NCBI GenBank assembly: GCA_965203905.1
Contig: CBDBDQ010000005.1
Coordinates: 6,496,001 to 6,560,000 of the forward strand
Direction: 5' to 3'
Origin: Spirochaetia bacterium
GTDB lineage: Bacteria; Spirochaetota; Spirochaetia; SZUA-6; Bin103
DNA length: 64,000 nt
Part shown: one piece after another, positions 28,805 through 37,673 of the stretch
Layout of the letters: every line of letters begins with the position of its first letter
How positions within the stretch are numbered: position 1 is the first letter of the stretch
Translations under genes and position numbers: made by a program
The notes under the pieces: model-generated
The model's database searches: none
What the model was told of the DNA's origin: nothing
What the model saw: only the letters and a program-made list of their open reading frames with translations

Positions 28805-29629
28805 GTGTCCGAGGGTGCAACCGAGGCACACGCGCTCCCGTTCGCGACGACGAACTACCAGGCGGATCAGGACGGAACCTTGCGCGCCGTGCTGCCGTCG
28901 CGGTGTGTCTACGCCACGGGGGAGCAGACGTGTGCCATCTTCGTCGATCATTACCGCGAGCGCAAGACCGGGCCCCGCTATCCGCTAGCGGTGGTGGGGT
29001 GCGGGGTGCATGGGGGCCGGCGCTACACCCTGTATCCGCCCGGACACTACCCCTACGGACGGGTGGCGGTGGTGCCCTACAGCGCAGGCGGAGACGTGCT
29101 GTTGGACGCAACCGGCAAACGACCGCAGTGGCAGGTGACGCTGTTCGGGGCCGCGCAGGATGCGAAGCAGGGGAAGCTGTGGCCAGCCGAGCAGCACTGG
29201 TGGCAAGCGTTGAGTACGCCCTGCCGGCGCATCCAGGGACGGCGCCTGGAGCTGGCCGGTCGGTTGACCGGGGTCAGCCCGGAGTTGGACCAGCGGCAGC
29301 GGGAGCAGATCGCGACGCGCTTGGGAGTGGCGACCATGACCGTGCTCTGGGGAGCGCGCTGCTGGGGGCGCAGCTGGCGCAGCCGCGGCGTAGCGATCAT
29401 GGCGGTGTTGCTGGCGCTGGCGGTCAGCGCGACGCTGGGGGAGCGCATGGGTGCGGCTGGTGCGGTCAGCGACCTGTGGGGGCCACCGCGCCCGCGGCTG
29501 GTGGCGCGCTGGGAGCAGGCCGGCCAGAGCTGGGTGGTGGCCGCGAGCGGTCGTTCAGCAGCGCGGGAACAGGGGGTTGTCGACCACCTTCGGGGACGGG
29601 CGCCCCCGGCCACGAAAGCGCTTATTTGA
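28805..29629 (+). CDS. Transposon ORF1, Cys/His-rich hypothetical (loosely DUF6431-like)
   Basis: C-x8-C...C-x2-H, YTLYPPGHYPY; HTH-like QIATRLGV; first ORF inside the TIR. Confidence 0.65.
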   Translation: MSEGATEAHALPFATTNYQADQDGTLRAVLPSRCVYATGEQTCAIFVDHYRERKTGPRYPLAVVGCGVHGGRRYTLYPPGHYPYGRVAVVPYSAGGDVLLDATGKRPQWQVTLFGAAQDAKQGKLWPAEQHWWQALSTPCRRIQGRRLELAGRLTGVSPELDQRQREQIATRLGVATMTVLWGARCWGRSWRSRGVAIMAVLLALAVSATLGERMGAAGAVSDLWGPPRPRLVARWEQAGQSWVVAASGRSAAREQGVVDHLRGRAPPATKALI

Positions 29630-29658
29630 AGCCTCCCGTACGGCGCTACGGTAGGCGC

Positions 29659-31065
29659 ATGAATGATTCGTCACGTCCCCCGTTACCGATCTCGGCTACC
29701 GCGCTGCTGCGCTACCTGGTGATCGCCGAGATGGAGGCCCTGGTGTTGCGCGGGTGGCCTGCGGGCGCCGCGGTACGCAAGGTTGCCCGCGCACCGCGGA
29801 TCGACCTGGACGGTCGTCCGGTGCGGATCAGCGTGCGTACCCTGCAACGCTGGCGCGCGGCCTGGGCGAGCGGTCGGCTCGCCGCCCTGGAGCCGCAGCC
29901 GCGCACCCGCACCGAGACCTCACTGGCGCTGAGTCCGCAACTGGTCACCTTTCTGCGCACCGAGAAGCAACGTGATGTGCGCGCCTCGGTGCCGGAACTG
30001 GTGCGGCGGGCGCGCGAGCGCGGCATCATCCCGGTCGACGCCAAGATCGATCGCACCACGGTGTGGCGCGCCTGTCGGCGAATGGGCCTGCCGACGCGTC
30101 AGCGACCACACAAACACGAAGCGGACACGCGTCGCTGGCGCTATGCCGAGCGCATGCAGTGCGTGCTTGCCGACGGCAAGCACTTCCGCGCCGGCGCAGC
30201 GCGGCTGCGGCGGGTGGCGCTGTTCTTCCTCGACGATGCCACCCGCTACGGCCTGGAGGTGGTGGTGGGCACCGCGGAGTCCAGCGAGCTGTTCCTGCGC
30301 GGCCTCTACGAGGTGGTCATGCACCACGGCACTGCGGATCTGTACTACCTGGACAAAGGCCCGGGCTTCATCTCCAAGGACACCCTGGCCGTGGTCCAGG
30401 GCGGCCTGGGCACCTTGCTGATTCACGGCGCCACCAGGTATCCCGAGGGCCACGGCGCCATCGAGCGCTTCCATCGCACCGCTTACGATCAGGTGCTGCG
30501 TTCCTTCGACGGTGCCGCCGACGTGGACCCCGCTTGCCAGGCACTCACGCTGCGCCTGCGCCACTTCCTGAACCGCTACAACGACACCCCGCACGAGACG
30601 CTCGGCAAGGACACCCCGCGCCAGCGCTGGGAGCAGGGACGGGAGTTGCGCTTTCCCACCGACGAGGCCGATCTGTATCGCCGCTTCGTGGTGCGCGCCA
30701 TGCACAAGGTCTCCAACGATCACGTCATCAAGGCCGCCGGTCGGTTGTGGGAAGCGCCGCGCCGCAGCGCCCGCTGTTGGGTCGAGGTGGCGCGCCACGT
30801 GCTCGACGGGCGGCTGTGGGTTCAGCACCAAGGGCGCATGATCGAGCTGGCCGAGCTGGATCCCCACGCCAACGCGACCTCACCGCGCGGCTCCGGCAGC
30901 GCGCCACAACCGACCGCCGACGAGGACGGCGAGGAACTCCCCGCCACCGCGGCCGGCATCGCCTACGCCAACGACACCCGCCCGCTGGTCGACCCCGACG
31001 GCGGCTACCGCGACCCGCAGGACGACCAACAGGACGACCAACACGTCCAGGAGCAGCAGCCATGA
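29659..31065 (+). CDS. Mu/IS481-like DDE transposase
   Basis: SVRTLQRW HTH; ADGKH, FLDDATRY, YLDKGPGF, GAIERFHRT; YNDTPHETL. Confidence 0.92.
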   Translation: MNDSSRPPLPISATALLRYLVIAEMEALVLRGWPAGAAVRKVARAPRIDLDGRPVRISVRTLQRWRAAWASGRLAALEPQPRTRTETSLALSPQLVTFLRTEKQRDVRASVPELVRRARERGIIPVDAKIDRTTVWRACRRMGLPTRQRPHKHEADTRRWRYAERMQCVLADGKHFRAGAARLRRVALFFLDDATRYGLEVVVGTAESSELFLRGLYEVVMHHGTADLYYLDKGPGFISKDTLAVVQGGLGTLLIHGATRYPEGHGAIERFHRTAYDQVLRSFDGAADVDPACQALTLRLRHFLNRYNDTPHETLGKDTPRQRWEQGRELRFPTDEADLYRRFVVRAMHKVSNDHVIKAAGRLWEAPRRSARCWVEVARHVLDGRLWVQHQGRMIELAELDPHANATSPRGSGSAPQPTADEDGEELPATAAGIAYANDTRPLVDPDGGYRDPQDDQQDDQHVQEQQP

Positions 31066-31865
31066 GCCACGACCTCAGCCCACTGGGCTTCCGCAAGACC
31101 CCCTTTACTCGCGAGTTGACCGTGCGCGAGTGCTTCCCGCTCGAACCTCAGGCCCAGGTCGCCGCCGCACTCACCGCGGCGGTGCAGGAGCGCATGAGCG
31201 CCGCCCTCATCGCTCCCGCCGGCACCGGCAAGACCGTCGCCTTGCGCATGCTCGTCGCCACCCTGCCGGAGGTGCGCTTCCAGGTCCACTACGTCAAGGT
31301 GACCGGCCTCTCCAAGCGTGACCTGTGCAAGGAAATCGCGGTCGCCTGCGGCCTCTCTCCCACCGGGATCTATCCCGCTCTGGTGCGCAAGCTGCAGGAC
31401 GCGTTCGAACATACCGTCAGCGACGGCATGCGCCCCGTCATCCTGCTCGACGAAGCCCATGATCTGCGCCCCGAAGCGTTGGCCATGTTGCGCGTCCTCA
31501 CCAACTTCACAATGGACAGTCGCCTCGTCGTGTCCCTCGTGCTCGCCGGCCAGCCACTCCTGAAACTGCTGCTCCGGCGCCCTGAACAAGCCGCCATCGC
31601 GCAGCGCCTGGCGCACTACGCCGAACTGCGCCTGCTGTCCCGCGATGAGACCCGCGCCTACCTCGAACATCGCTGCACCCTCGCCGGCGCTCGCACCAAT
31701 CCCTTCGACGACGACGCTCAGGAAACCATCTTCGAAATGAGCCGCGGCAACCTGCGTGCCATCGACCGCTTGGCCCTGGCGGCGCTGCACCACGCCGCCA
31801 AGTCTTCTCACACCACCGTCAGTGCCGGCGACGTGATCGCCGCGCGCAAGTACCTGTGGCCATGA
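31062..31865 (+). CDS. ExeA/TnsC-like AAA+ ATPase
   Basis: Walker A APAGTGKT, Walker B ILLDEAH, LAGQP, SRGNLRAI; ATGA overlap with transposase. Confidence 0.92.
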   Translation: MSHDLSPLGFRKTPFTRELTVRECFPLEPQAQVAAALTAAVQERMSAALIAPAGTGKTVALRMLVATLPEVRFQVHYVKVTGLSKRDLCKEIAVACGLSPTGIYPALVRKLQDAFEHTVSDGMRPVILLDEAHDLRPEALAMLRVLTNFTMDSRLVVSLVLAGQPLLKLLLRRPEQAAIAQRLAHYAELRLLSRDETRAYLEHRCTLAGARTNPFDDDAQETIFEMSRGNLRAIDRLALAALHHAAKSSHTTVSAGDVIAARKYLWP

Positions 31866-32800
31866 CCACACCGCTGCCCACCGTTCCGGTGCATGCCATC
31901 GATCCCCAGCCCGACGCTCCCCAGTGGCTGGTGCGCGACCTCTGGACCACCGCGGCTGTCGGCGTGATCGGGGGCAGCCCCAAGGTTGGCAAGTCCTGGC
32001 TCGGCCTTGACCTCGCCGTCTCGGTCGCGTCCAGCACCCCGGCCCTCGGGCGGTTCCCGGTCGAGGCCACCGGCCCCGCCCTGGTCTATCTCGCCGAGGA
32101 TGCTCTGCCACGCGTCCGCGACCGTGTCGCCCACTTGTGCCGCCACCGCGGTTTGGATCTGGCACGCCTCGATCTGCACGTCGTCACTGCTGACCGCTTG
32201 CGCCTCGATACCGAGCGCGACCAGCTCGCTCTCGACCAGACCGTGCAACGGATCCGCCCGGCACTACTGCTGTTGGACCCTCTGGTCCGACTTCATTCCC
32301 TCGATGAGAACAGCGCTTCAGACATCTCTTCTCTGCTCGGCTTTCTGCGCGCACTCAACCGCCGCTATCAACTCGCTGTGGTCCTCGTCCACCACCTGGC
32401 CAAGCGCTCGCGCCGCAATCTCGGCCAGTCCCTGCGCGGCTCCTCCGATCTGCATGCCTGGACCGACTCCGCCTGCTATCTGGTGCGGCGTCCCGACGAC
32501 CGTCTGCAACTCACCGTCGAGCATCGCTCCGCTCCCGCTCCAGACCCCCTGCTGTTGCGCCTCTCAGGCGGCGCCGACCAGCCCCTCTCGCTGCTCGTCG
32601 ACAACGCTGCCGCCGCCCCGCCTCCCCCGCTCGCCGAGGCGGTGCGCGCCACGCTCCGCAGCGCCGGCCAGCCGCTCTCCAGGACCGCTCTGCGGCAACG
32701 CTTGCGCGTCAACAACGCCCGTCTCGGTCTCGCCCTCCAAACTCTCCAACAGCACGGCCTCGCCGTCCGCGGCCCCAACGGCTGGCACCTGCCGGCCTGA
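31862..32800 (+). CDS. RecA/RepA-like (AAA_25) ATPase with C-terminal winged helix
   Basis: GGSPKVGKS, YLAED, LLLLDP, DENS, VLVHH..K, LRGSS; ATGA overlap with upstream ATPase. Confidence 0.88.
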   Translation: MTTPLPTVPVHAIDPQPDAPQWLVRDLWTTAAVGVIGGSPKVGKSWLGLDLAVSVASSTPALGRFPVEATGPALVYLAEDALPRVRDRVAHLCRHRGLDLARLDLHVVTADRLRLDTERDQLALDQTVQRIRPALLLLDPLVRLHSLDENSASDISSLLGFLRALNRRYQLAVVLVHHLAKRSRRNLGQSLRGSSDLHAWTDSACYLVRRPDDRLQLTVEHRSAPAPDPLLLRLSGGADQPLSLLVDNAAAAPPPPLAEAVRATLRSAGQPLSRTALRQRLRVNNARLGLALQTLQQHGLAVRGPNGWHLPA

Positions 32801-32927
32801 CCGGCACCGTCGCCTGCCTACTCGCTCTCGTTCCGCCATTCCCGCGTTCCGCACCAGGGACGCGCTCGGAACGGAACGACCACCGTACACACTCCGTGCC
32901 AACTATCGTGCAACTCGCCTCGGCTCA

Positions 32928-32944
32928 GGGCGCGCAACGCAACA
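32928..32944 (-). repeat. Right terminal inverted repeat
   Basis: Ends in CA, followed by ACCGT. Confidence 0.9.
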
Positions 32945-32947
32945 ACC

Positions 32948-33232
32948 GTGTCGCTGCGACTGCCGGAATCCGAGGTGTCTCGGCTGGAGAGCACCGCTCA
33001 GGCTATGGGTGTCGACCGCTCCACCCTGTTGCGGTGGGCGGTCCGACGAGGCACAAGCGCGCTCCTGCTCGAACGTGCGTGCGACGCGTACCGGCGCGGG
33101 GAAGTAACCCTCTCGCGGGCCGCCGAGATTGCAGGCCTGAGCCTCCGTGACATGATTCTCCGGTTGCGCGATCAGGACGTAGTGTTGAACTACGGTCCGG
33201 AGGACTTGGCCGCGGACCTGCAGCCGCTTTGA
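32948..33232 (+). CDS. UPF0175-family antitoxin (body after insertion)
   Basis: DRSTLLR; AYRRGEVTLSRAAEIAGLS. Confidence 0.85.
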   Translation: MSLRLPESEVSRLESTAQAMGVDRSTLLRWAVRRGTSALLLERACDAYRRGEVTLSRAAEIAGLSLRDMILRLRDQDVVLNYGPEDLAADLQPL

Positions 33233-33720
33233 CCGTCGTCGCCGCTGCAAGTCCGCTGATTTTTCTGGGAAAGATCCGCCGGCTTGACCTGATTCATCGC
33301 GTCCTGGGAGGCGACGTCGTCGTGCCGCAGCAGGTTCGAGACGAGGTGTTGGCGCGTCCGCTCGACCCCGCCGAGTCCGATGAACTGCATCGGTTCCTGG
33401 CGGCGGTACGCATGGAACGTGTCGACAGCCCGCGAGCCTTTGCCGCCGGCATGAGCCGCGCCGACAACGCGGCCATGACGCTGGCCGTCCGACTCAAGGC
33501 AGACCTGCTGCTCGCCGACGACCGGACCGTTCGCCGCCTGGCTGTCGTCGAAGGCATTCGACCGCTCGGCACGCTCGGAGTATTGCTGCTGGCGCTGCGG
33601 TGGGGACTGGTCGACCGGGCCGAGGTGCGCCGGCTGGTCGACGACCTCGTGCGCTCCCATGGCTTCCGCATCGGGGTGGAGCTGTATGCGGCGGTGATTC
33701 GCGAAATCGACCGGCCCTAG
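33229..33720 (+). CDS. DUF3368 PIN-domain toxin
   Basis: ASPLIFLGKI, VPQQVRDEV, LLADD, GTLGVL, GFRI. Confidence 0.88.
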   Translation: MTVVAAASPLIFLGKIRRLDLIHRVLGGDVVVPQQVRDEVLARPLDPAESDELHRFLAAVRMERVDSPRAFAAGMSRADNAAMTLAVRLKADLLLADDRTVRRLAVVEGIRPLGTLGVLLLALRWGLVDRAEVRRLVDDLVRSHGFRIGVELYAAVIREIDRP

Positions 33721-33759
33721 CTAGCTGGCCGGGCCGGTGCCTGACCGTTAGTCGTCCGC

Positions 33760-34045
33760 CCGCCATCTCGACCGTTCACGGCACTTCGTGCCGACTGTCG
33801 GCTCTGGTCCCTGAGTCGCAGCACGACGATGCCTGGAACTCCGTTGGTGGATATAATATGCGAACGTCGGCGAAATCCAGATCCAAGGTAACGAGTGCAC
33901 GTCCTTCACGTCGGCAGACGTCAATGACTTCCTCGTCACTTCCACCGCGCAGGCGCTGCTCGTAGACCGTTACGGCGTCGTGACCGTGGCGCCGCAACAG
34001 TGCGGCCGCGTCAGAGTGCAGGTTCTCATCTATCTTGCACTCCAC
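33760..34045 (-). pseudogene. DUF5615 PIN-like toxin, frameshifted near 33835
   Basis: KIDENL, GHDAVTV, SDEEV, LVTLDLDF; GIVVLR continues in another frame. Confidence 0.8.
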
Positions 34046-34048
34046 TCG

Positions 34049-34230
34049 TCACGCATCACGCGCAGGAAGAACAACGACGCGATCGCGGCCTAGATCCGCC
34101 GCATACTGGAGCGCTGCCTGTATGTCAATCTCCCCGACGCTGTAACCGTGAACGATCGCGTCCGTTGTCTCTCCGGCGGCAAGGTTGTCGAGGATTACCG
34201 ACACCATGACTCTCGTCCTGAGAAGCAGGC
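34049..34230 (-). pseudogene. DUF433 antitoxin, N-terminally truncated
   Basis: TRVMVSVILDNLAAGE..DIQAALQYAA (not in ORF track). Confidence 0.8.
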
Positions 34231-34232
34231 CG

Positions 34233-34835
34233 CTATCGAGCTGGTGCGCGGCCGGCGGAGCTCGCAGCCGGCTTGGTCGCCAGCGTCCGGTACAGCTCGT
34301 CGGTGACCGGGTGGTCGCGGTCCGTGACCAGGCCCGCCTCCGCCATGATGGCGCTCAACTCGGCGTAGGAGACCCCGCTCGCCCCGCGCTTCGGCCGCCA
34401 CTGCATGATCATAGCGCGCCCGCCGGCCCGCAGCAGTCGCGCGAGGTCTTGGGCCACCGCCACCTTCAGCTCCCGGGTGGACTGGTAGTGCATGATCTGC
34501 ACGCAGACGATGAAGTCGGCCACCGCATCCGACAGCGCCGCGCGGGTGCCGTCGCTGGCCGCGGCTATGACGTTGCTCAGCCCGGCCTCCTGCGCGCGCC
34601 GCGCTACCAGCTCCACCATGCGCGGCTCCAGGTCGACGCCGTACACCTTGCCGGAGTCACCCACCAGCCGCGCCGCCGCCAGCGTGAACAGGCCCGGCCC
34701 GCAGCCGTAGTCCACCACCGTGCTGCCGGCGCCCACGCCCAACTCGCGCAGCATCTGCGCCGGATCGGACGTGCCGAACCGTTCGGCGCCGTCCAGCAGA
34801 CCCGCGACCCACTCCTCGGTGTAGCGCTCGCTCAT
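34233..34835 (-). CDS. Class I SAM-dependent methyltransferase
   Basis: VVDYGCGPG, VYGVD, LLRAGG. Confidence 0.9.
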   Translation of the reverse strand: MSERYTEEWVAGLLDGAERFGTSDPAQMLRELGVGAGSTVVDYGCGPGLFTLAAARLVGDSGKVYGVDLEPRMVELVARRAQEAGLSNVIAAASDGTRAALSDAVADFIVCVQIMHYQSTRELKVAVAQDLARLLRAGGRAMIMQWRPKRGASGVSYAELSAIMAEAGLVTDRDHPVTDELYRTLATKPAASSAGRAPAR

Positions 34836-34839
34836 GCGG

Positions 34840-34902
34840 GCCTACGGTATCCCGCGCTGCGCGCACTTGTCACACGGCGCCGAAGCCGGGCCGGATCTCC
34901 GG
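34840..34902 (-). promoter_or_regulatory. Promoter-like element similar to 12112-12178
   Basis: GTGACA-N18-TACCGT, 8 nt before ATG 34835. Confidence 0.55.
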
Positions 34903-34906
34903 TCCG

Positions 34907-36064
34907 TCAGTTCGCGGGCCATGCCATCCCCTCACCGCGCACGATGCGGGAGCGGCGCTCGTAGCGACCCGGCCACTCCACCTCCAGCTCGCCGCGCTCC
35001 ACCATCAGGCTGAGCGGGTTGAGCCGCGTCTTGAGCGGCAGCGGGATACGCTGCCGTTTGCGCGCCGATTCGTACAGCGCCATCATGATCTCCTGCACCG
35101 CCCGCCCGCGGTCGCCGCCGCTGATCGGCCGCTCGATCCTGCCCTCCACCCAGTCGATCGCTTCCCGGCACTGGCGGGCCCAGCAGTCGTTCCACGGCGC
35201 CTCGATCGTGCGCCAGCCGCCGGTCTCCGCGTTCAGGTAGCGGGCCGTGCCGCGCTCGGTGTTGTAGCGGGCGGAGGGCCCCTCGGGCATGTACATCGGC
35301 GCGTCCGAGGGAACCTCCTCGGCGGGCGCCACGGCGGTGCCCAGCTCCATCATCCCGTCGCTGCCGACGACGCGGCAGGTCTGCGCTCCCTCGCGGCCGC
35401 TGTCGATCAGCAGGGTGGCGCCGTTGGCGCAGCCGGCCAGCGCGAGGCAGGCGTCCTCAGCCGGCACGTTGCGCTCGAAATGGTCGGTGGTGCGCTCCAC
35501 GGCTCCCATCACCCACTCCACCACCGGTTCGTCCATCAGGAACAGCGCCAGACGGATGTTGTGCGAGCTGACGTTGAGCAGGTTGCCGCCCGCCTGCACC
35601 ACCACCTGCAGGATGCGGCCGATGACGCCGTCGCGCAGCAGCTCGCGGGCGCGCAGCCAGGTGGCGTGGTGCGGCCGCTGGTAGGCCACCAGCAGCTTGA
35701 CGCCGTTGCGCTCGCAGGCGGTGAGCATGGCGTCGGCCTGCCCCAGGTCCAGTGCCATCGGCTTCTGGCAGATGATGGCGCGCGGGCGACGGGCGGCGGC
35801 GGCGATCACCATCTCCGCGTGCTGGCCGTGCCAGGAGCAGACATCCACGAAGTCGGGGCGCTCGCGGTCGAGCATCTCCCGGTAGTCGGCGTAGCGCTGC
35901 GCCTCGTCCACCTCAAAGAAGGAACCGAACTCGCGCAGCGCGTCGGGGTTGCTGTCGGCGATGGCGGCGATGCGGGTGGGGCGCCCGGGCACGCCGAGCC
36001 AGCCGCGGGCGTGAACGCGGGCGATCATGCCGCAGGCGACGATCGCGGTCCGGTAACGGCTCAT
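34907..36064 (-). CDS. Gfo/Idh/MocA oxidoreductase
   Basis: AIVACGMIA, DYREML, ICQKPMA. Confidence 0.92.
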   Translation of the reverse strand: MSRYRTAIVACGMIARVHARGWLGVPGRPTRIAAIADSNPDALREFGSFFEVDEAQRYADYREMLDRERPDFVDVCSWHGQHAEMVIAAAARRPRAIICQKPMALDLGQADAMLTACERNGVKLLVAYQRPHHATWLRARELLRDGVIGRILQVVVQAGGNLLNVSSHNIRLALFLMDEPVVEWVMGAVERTTDHFERNVPAEDACLALAGCANGATLLIDSGREGAQTCRVVGSDGMMELGTAVAPAEEVPSDAPMYMPEGPSARYNTERGTARYLNAETGGWRTIEAPWNDCWARQCREAIDWVEGRIERPISGGDRGRAVQEIMMALYESARKRQRIPLPLKTRLNPLSLMVERGELEVEWPGRYERRSRIVRGEGMAWPAN

Positions 36065-36154
36065 CGGCCACACTATAGCCGCCGGCCGCACGCCTGGACA
36101 CGACGCGCCGACGGCAGGCAAACCGGGGTCCGACTTGTGCTATTCTCGCTTTCA

Positions 36155-37633
36155 ATGAAAGCGGTCATGGTCATGTTCGACTCCCTCAACCGGCACCTGT
36201 TGCCGCCCTACGGCTGCGACTGGACCCACGCCCCCAACTTCGCGCGGCTGGCGCGGCGGGCGGCGACCTTCGAGCGCTCCTACATCTGCTCCATGCCGTG
36301 CATGCCCGCGCGGCGCGACTTCCACACCGGGCGGCCCAACTTCCTGCACGCGCCGTGGGGGCCGTTGGAGCCGTTCGACGACTCGGTCCCCGAGATGCTC
36401 GGCCGGGCCGGTGTCTACACCCACCTGGCCTCCGACCACTACCACTACTGGGAGGATGGCGGGGCGACCTATCACGGCCGCTACTCCTCGTGGGAGTTCT
36501 TCCGCGGCCAGGAGGGCGACCCCTTCATCGGCCAAGTGGCCGAGCCGCCGCAGCCGGCGCACGTCAACGGACGGGTGCAGCGTTCCGACCTGGTCAACCG
36601 CCAGCACGTGCGCGAGGATCGCCAGTTCTCGCAGACCCACACCTTCGGTGCGGCGCAGGAGTTCCTGCACCGCAACCACGCCGAGGACAACTGGTTCCTG
36701 CAGGTGGAGTGCTTCGACCCGCACGAGCCGTTCACTGTGCACCGCAGCTACCGCGACCGCTACCCCACCTCCTACGACGGCCCCCTGTTCGACTGGCCCG
36801 CCTACCGCCCGGTGGAGGAGACCCCGGAGCAGATCTCCGAGGCGCGGCGCAACTACGCCGCCCTGCTGAGCAAGTGCGACGCCTCGCTGGGCGACATCCT
36901 GGACGCGTTCGACGCCTACGACCTGTGGCAGGACACCATGCTGATCCTGTGGACCGACCACGGCTACCTGCTCGGCGAGCACAACGCCTGGGCCAAGAAC
37001 TGGATGCCGCTCTACGAGGAGGTAAGCCACACCCCGTTCTTCCTGTGGGACCCGCGCGCGCCCGAGGCGGCGGGCACGCGGCGCCGCGCCCTGGTGCAGC
37101 CGGCCATCGACCTGGGCCCCACCCTGCTCGGCCTGTTCGGCCTGGAGCGGACCCCCGACATGCTCGGCCACGACCTGGCGGGCACGGTGGCGGGCGATCA
37201 CGCGGTGCGCGAGAGCGCCATCTTCGGCTACTTCGACCAGCACGTGAACATCACCGACGGCCGCTACGTCCACCTGCGGCTGCCCGCCGCCGCGGCGCCG
37301 CGGGCCGACGCCTACACCTTGATGCCCACCGCCATGCGCGGCTTCAAGGGCAATCTGGAGCGTGCCGAGCTGGCGCCGCCGTTTCCGTTCAGCAAGCGGA
37401 TGTCGCTACTCAAGGTCGGCGGCACGCGCGCCTGGGAGCCGGCCTTCCCCGACTCCGCGCACGCGCCCGGGCACCTGCTGTTCGACCTGGAAGCCGATCC
37501 GCGCCAACGGCAGGCAATTCAGGCTCCGGAAGTGGAGCGCCGGCTGGCGGCGGCCATGGCCGCGCACTTTCAGGCCTGCGCCGCGCCCAGCGAGCAGTTC
37601 ACCCGCATGGGCCTGCCGCTGCCGGGAGCCTGA
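36155..37633 (+). CDS. Cys-type sulfatase
   Basis: MFDSLNR, CMPARRDFHTG, FDPHEPF, TDHGYLLGEH. Confidence 0.95.
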   Translation: MKAVMVMFDSLNRHLLPPYGCDWTHAPNFARLARRAATFERSYICSMPCMPARRDFHTGRPNFLHAPWGPLEPFDDSVPEMLGRAGVYTHLASDHYHYWEDGGATYHGRYSSWEFFRGQEGDPFIGQVAEPPQPAHVNGRVQRSDLVNRQHVREDRQFSQTHTFGAAQEFLHRNHAEDNWFLQVECFDPHEPFTVHRSYRDRYPTSYDGPLFDWPAYRPVEETPEQISEARRNYAALLSKCDASLGDILDAFDAYDLWQDTMLILWTDHGYLLGEHNAWAKNWMPLYEEVSHTPFFLWDPRAPEAAGTRRRALVQPAIDLGPTLLGLFGLERTPDMLGHDLAGTVAGDHAVRESAIFGYFDQHVNITDGRYVHLRLPAAAAPRADAYTLMPTAMRGFKGNLERAELAPPFPFSKRMSLLKVGGTRAWEPAFPDSAHAPGHLLFDLEADPRQRQAIQAPEVERRLAAAMAAHFQACAAPSEQFTRMGLPLPGA

Positions 37634-37673
37634 GGCGGCCTGCTACCTGAAGGGGCTCGCACCTGCGCAGGCG

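Larger units (their letters stand above)
28624..32944 (+). mobile_element. Four-gene DDE transposon with two ATPases, 4321 bp
   Basis: TIRs TATTGCGTTGCGCGCCC (28624-28640) and GGGCGCGCAACGCAACA (32928-32944), 16/17 match; ACCGT at 28619-28623 and 32945-32949. Confidence 0.92.

Noticed and set aside
28903-29658. N-terminal extension of the 720-aa transposase ORF
   Set aside because: Overlaps ORF1 in another frame and is low-complexity; ATG 29659 fits better
31062-31865. ExeA as part of a type II secretion system
   Set aside because: No gsp genes nearby; coupled to the transposase inside TIRs
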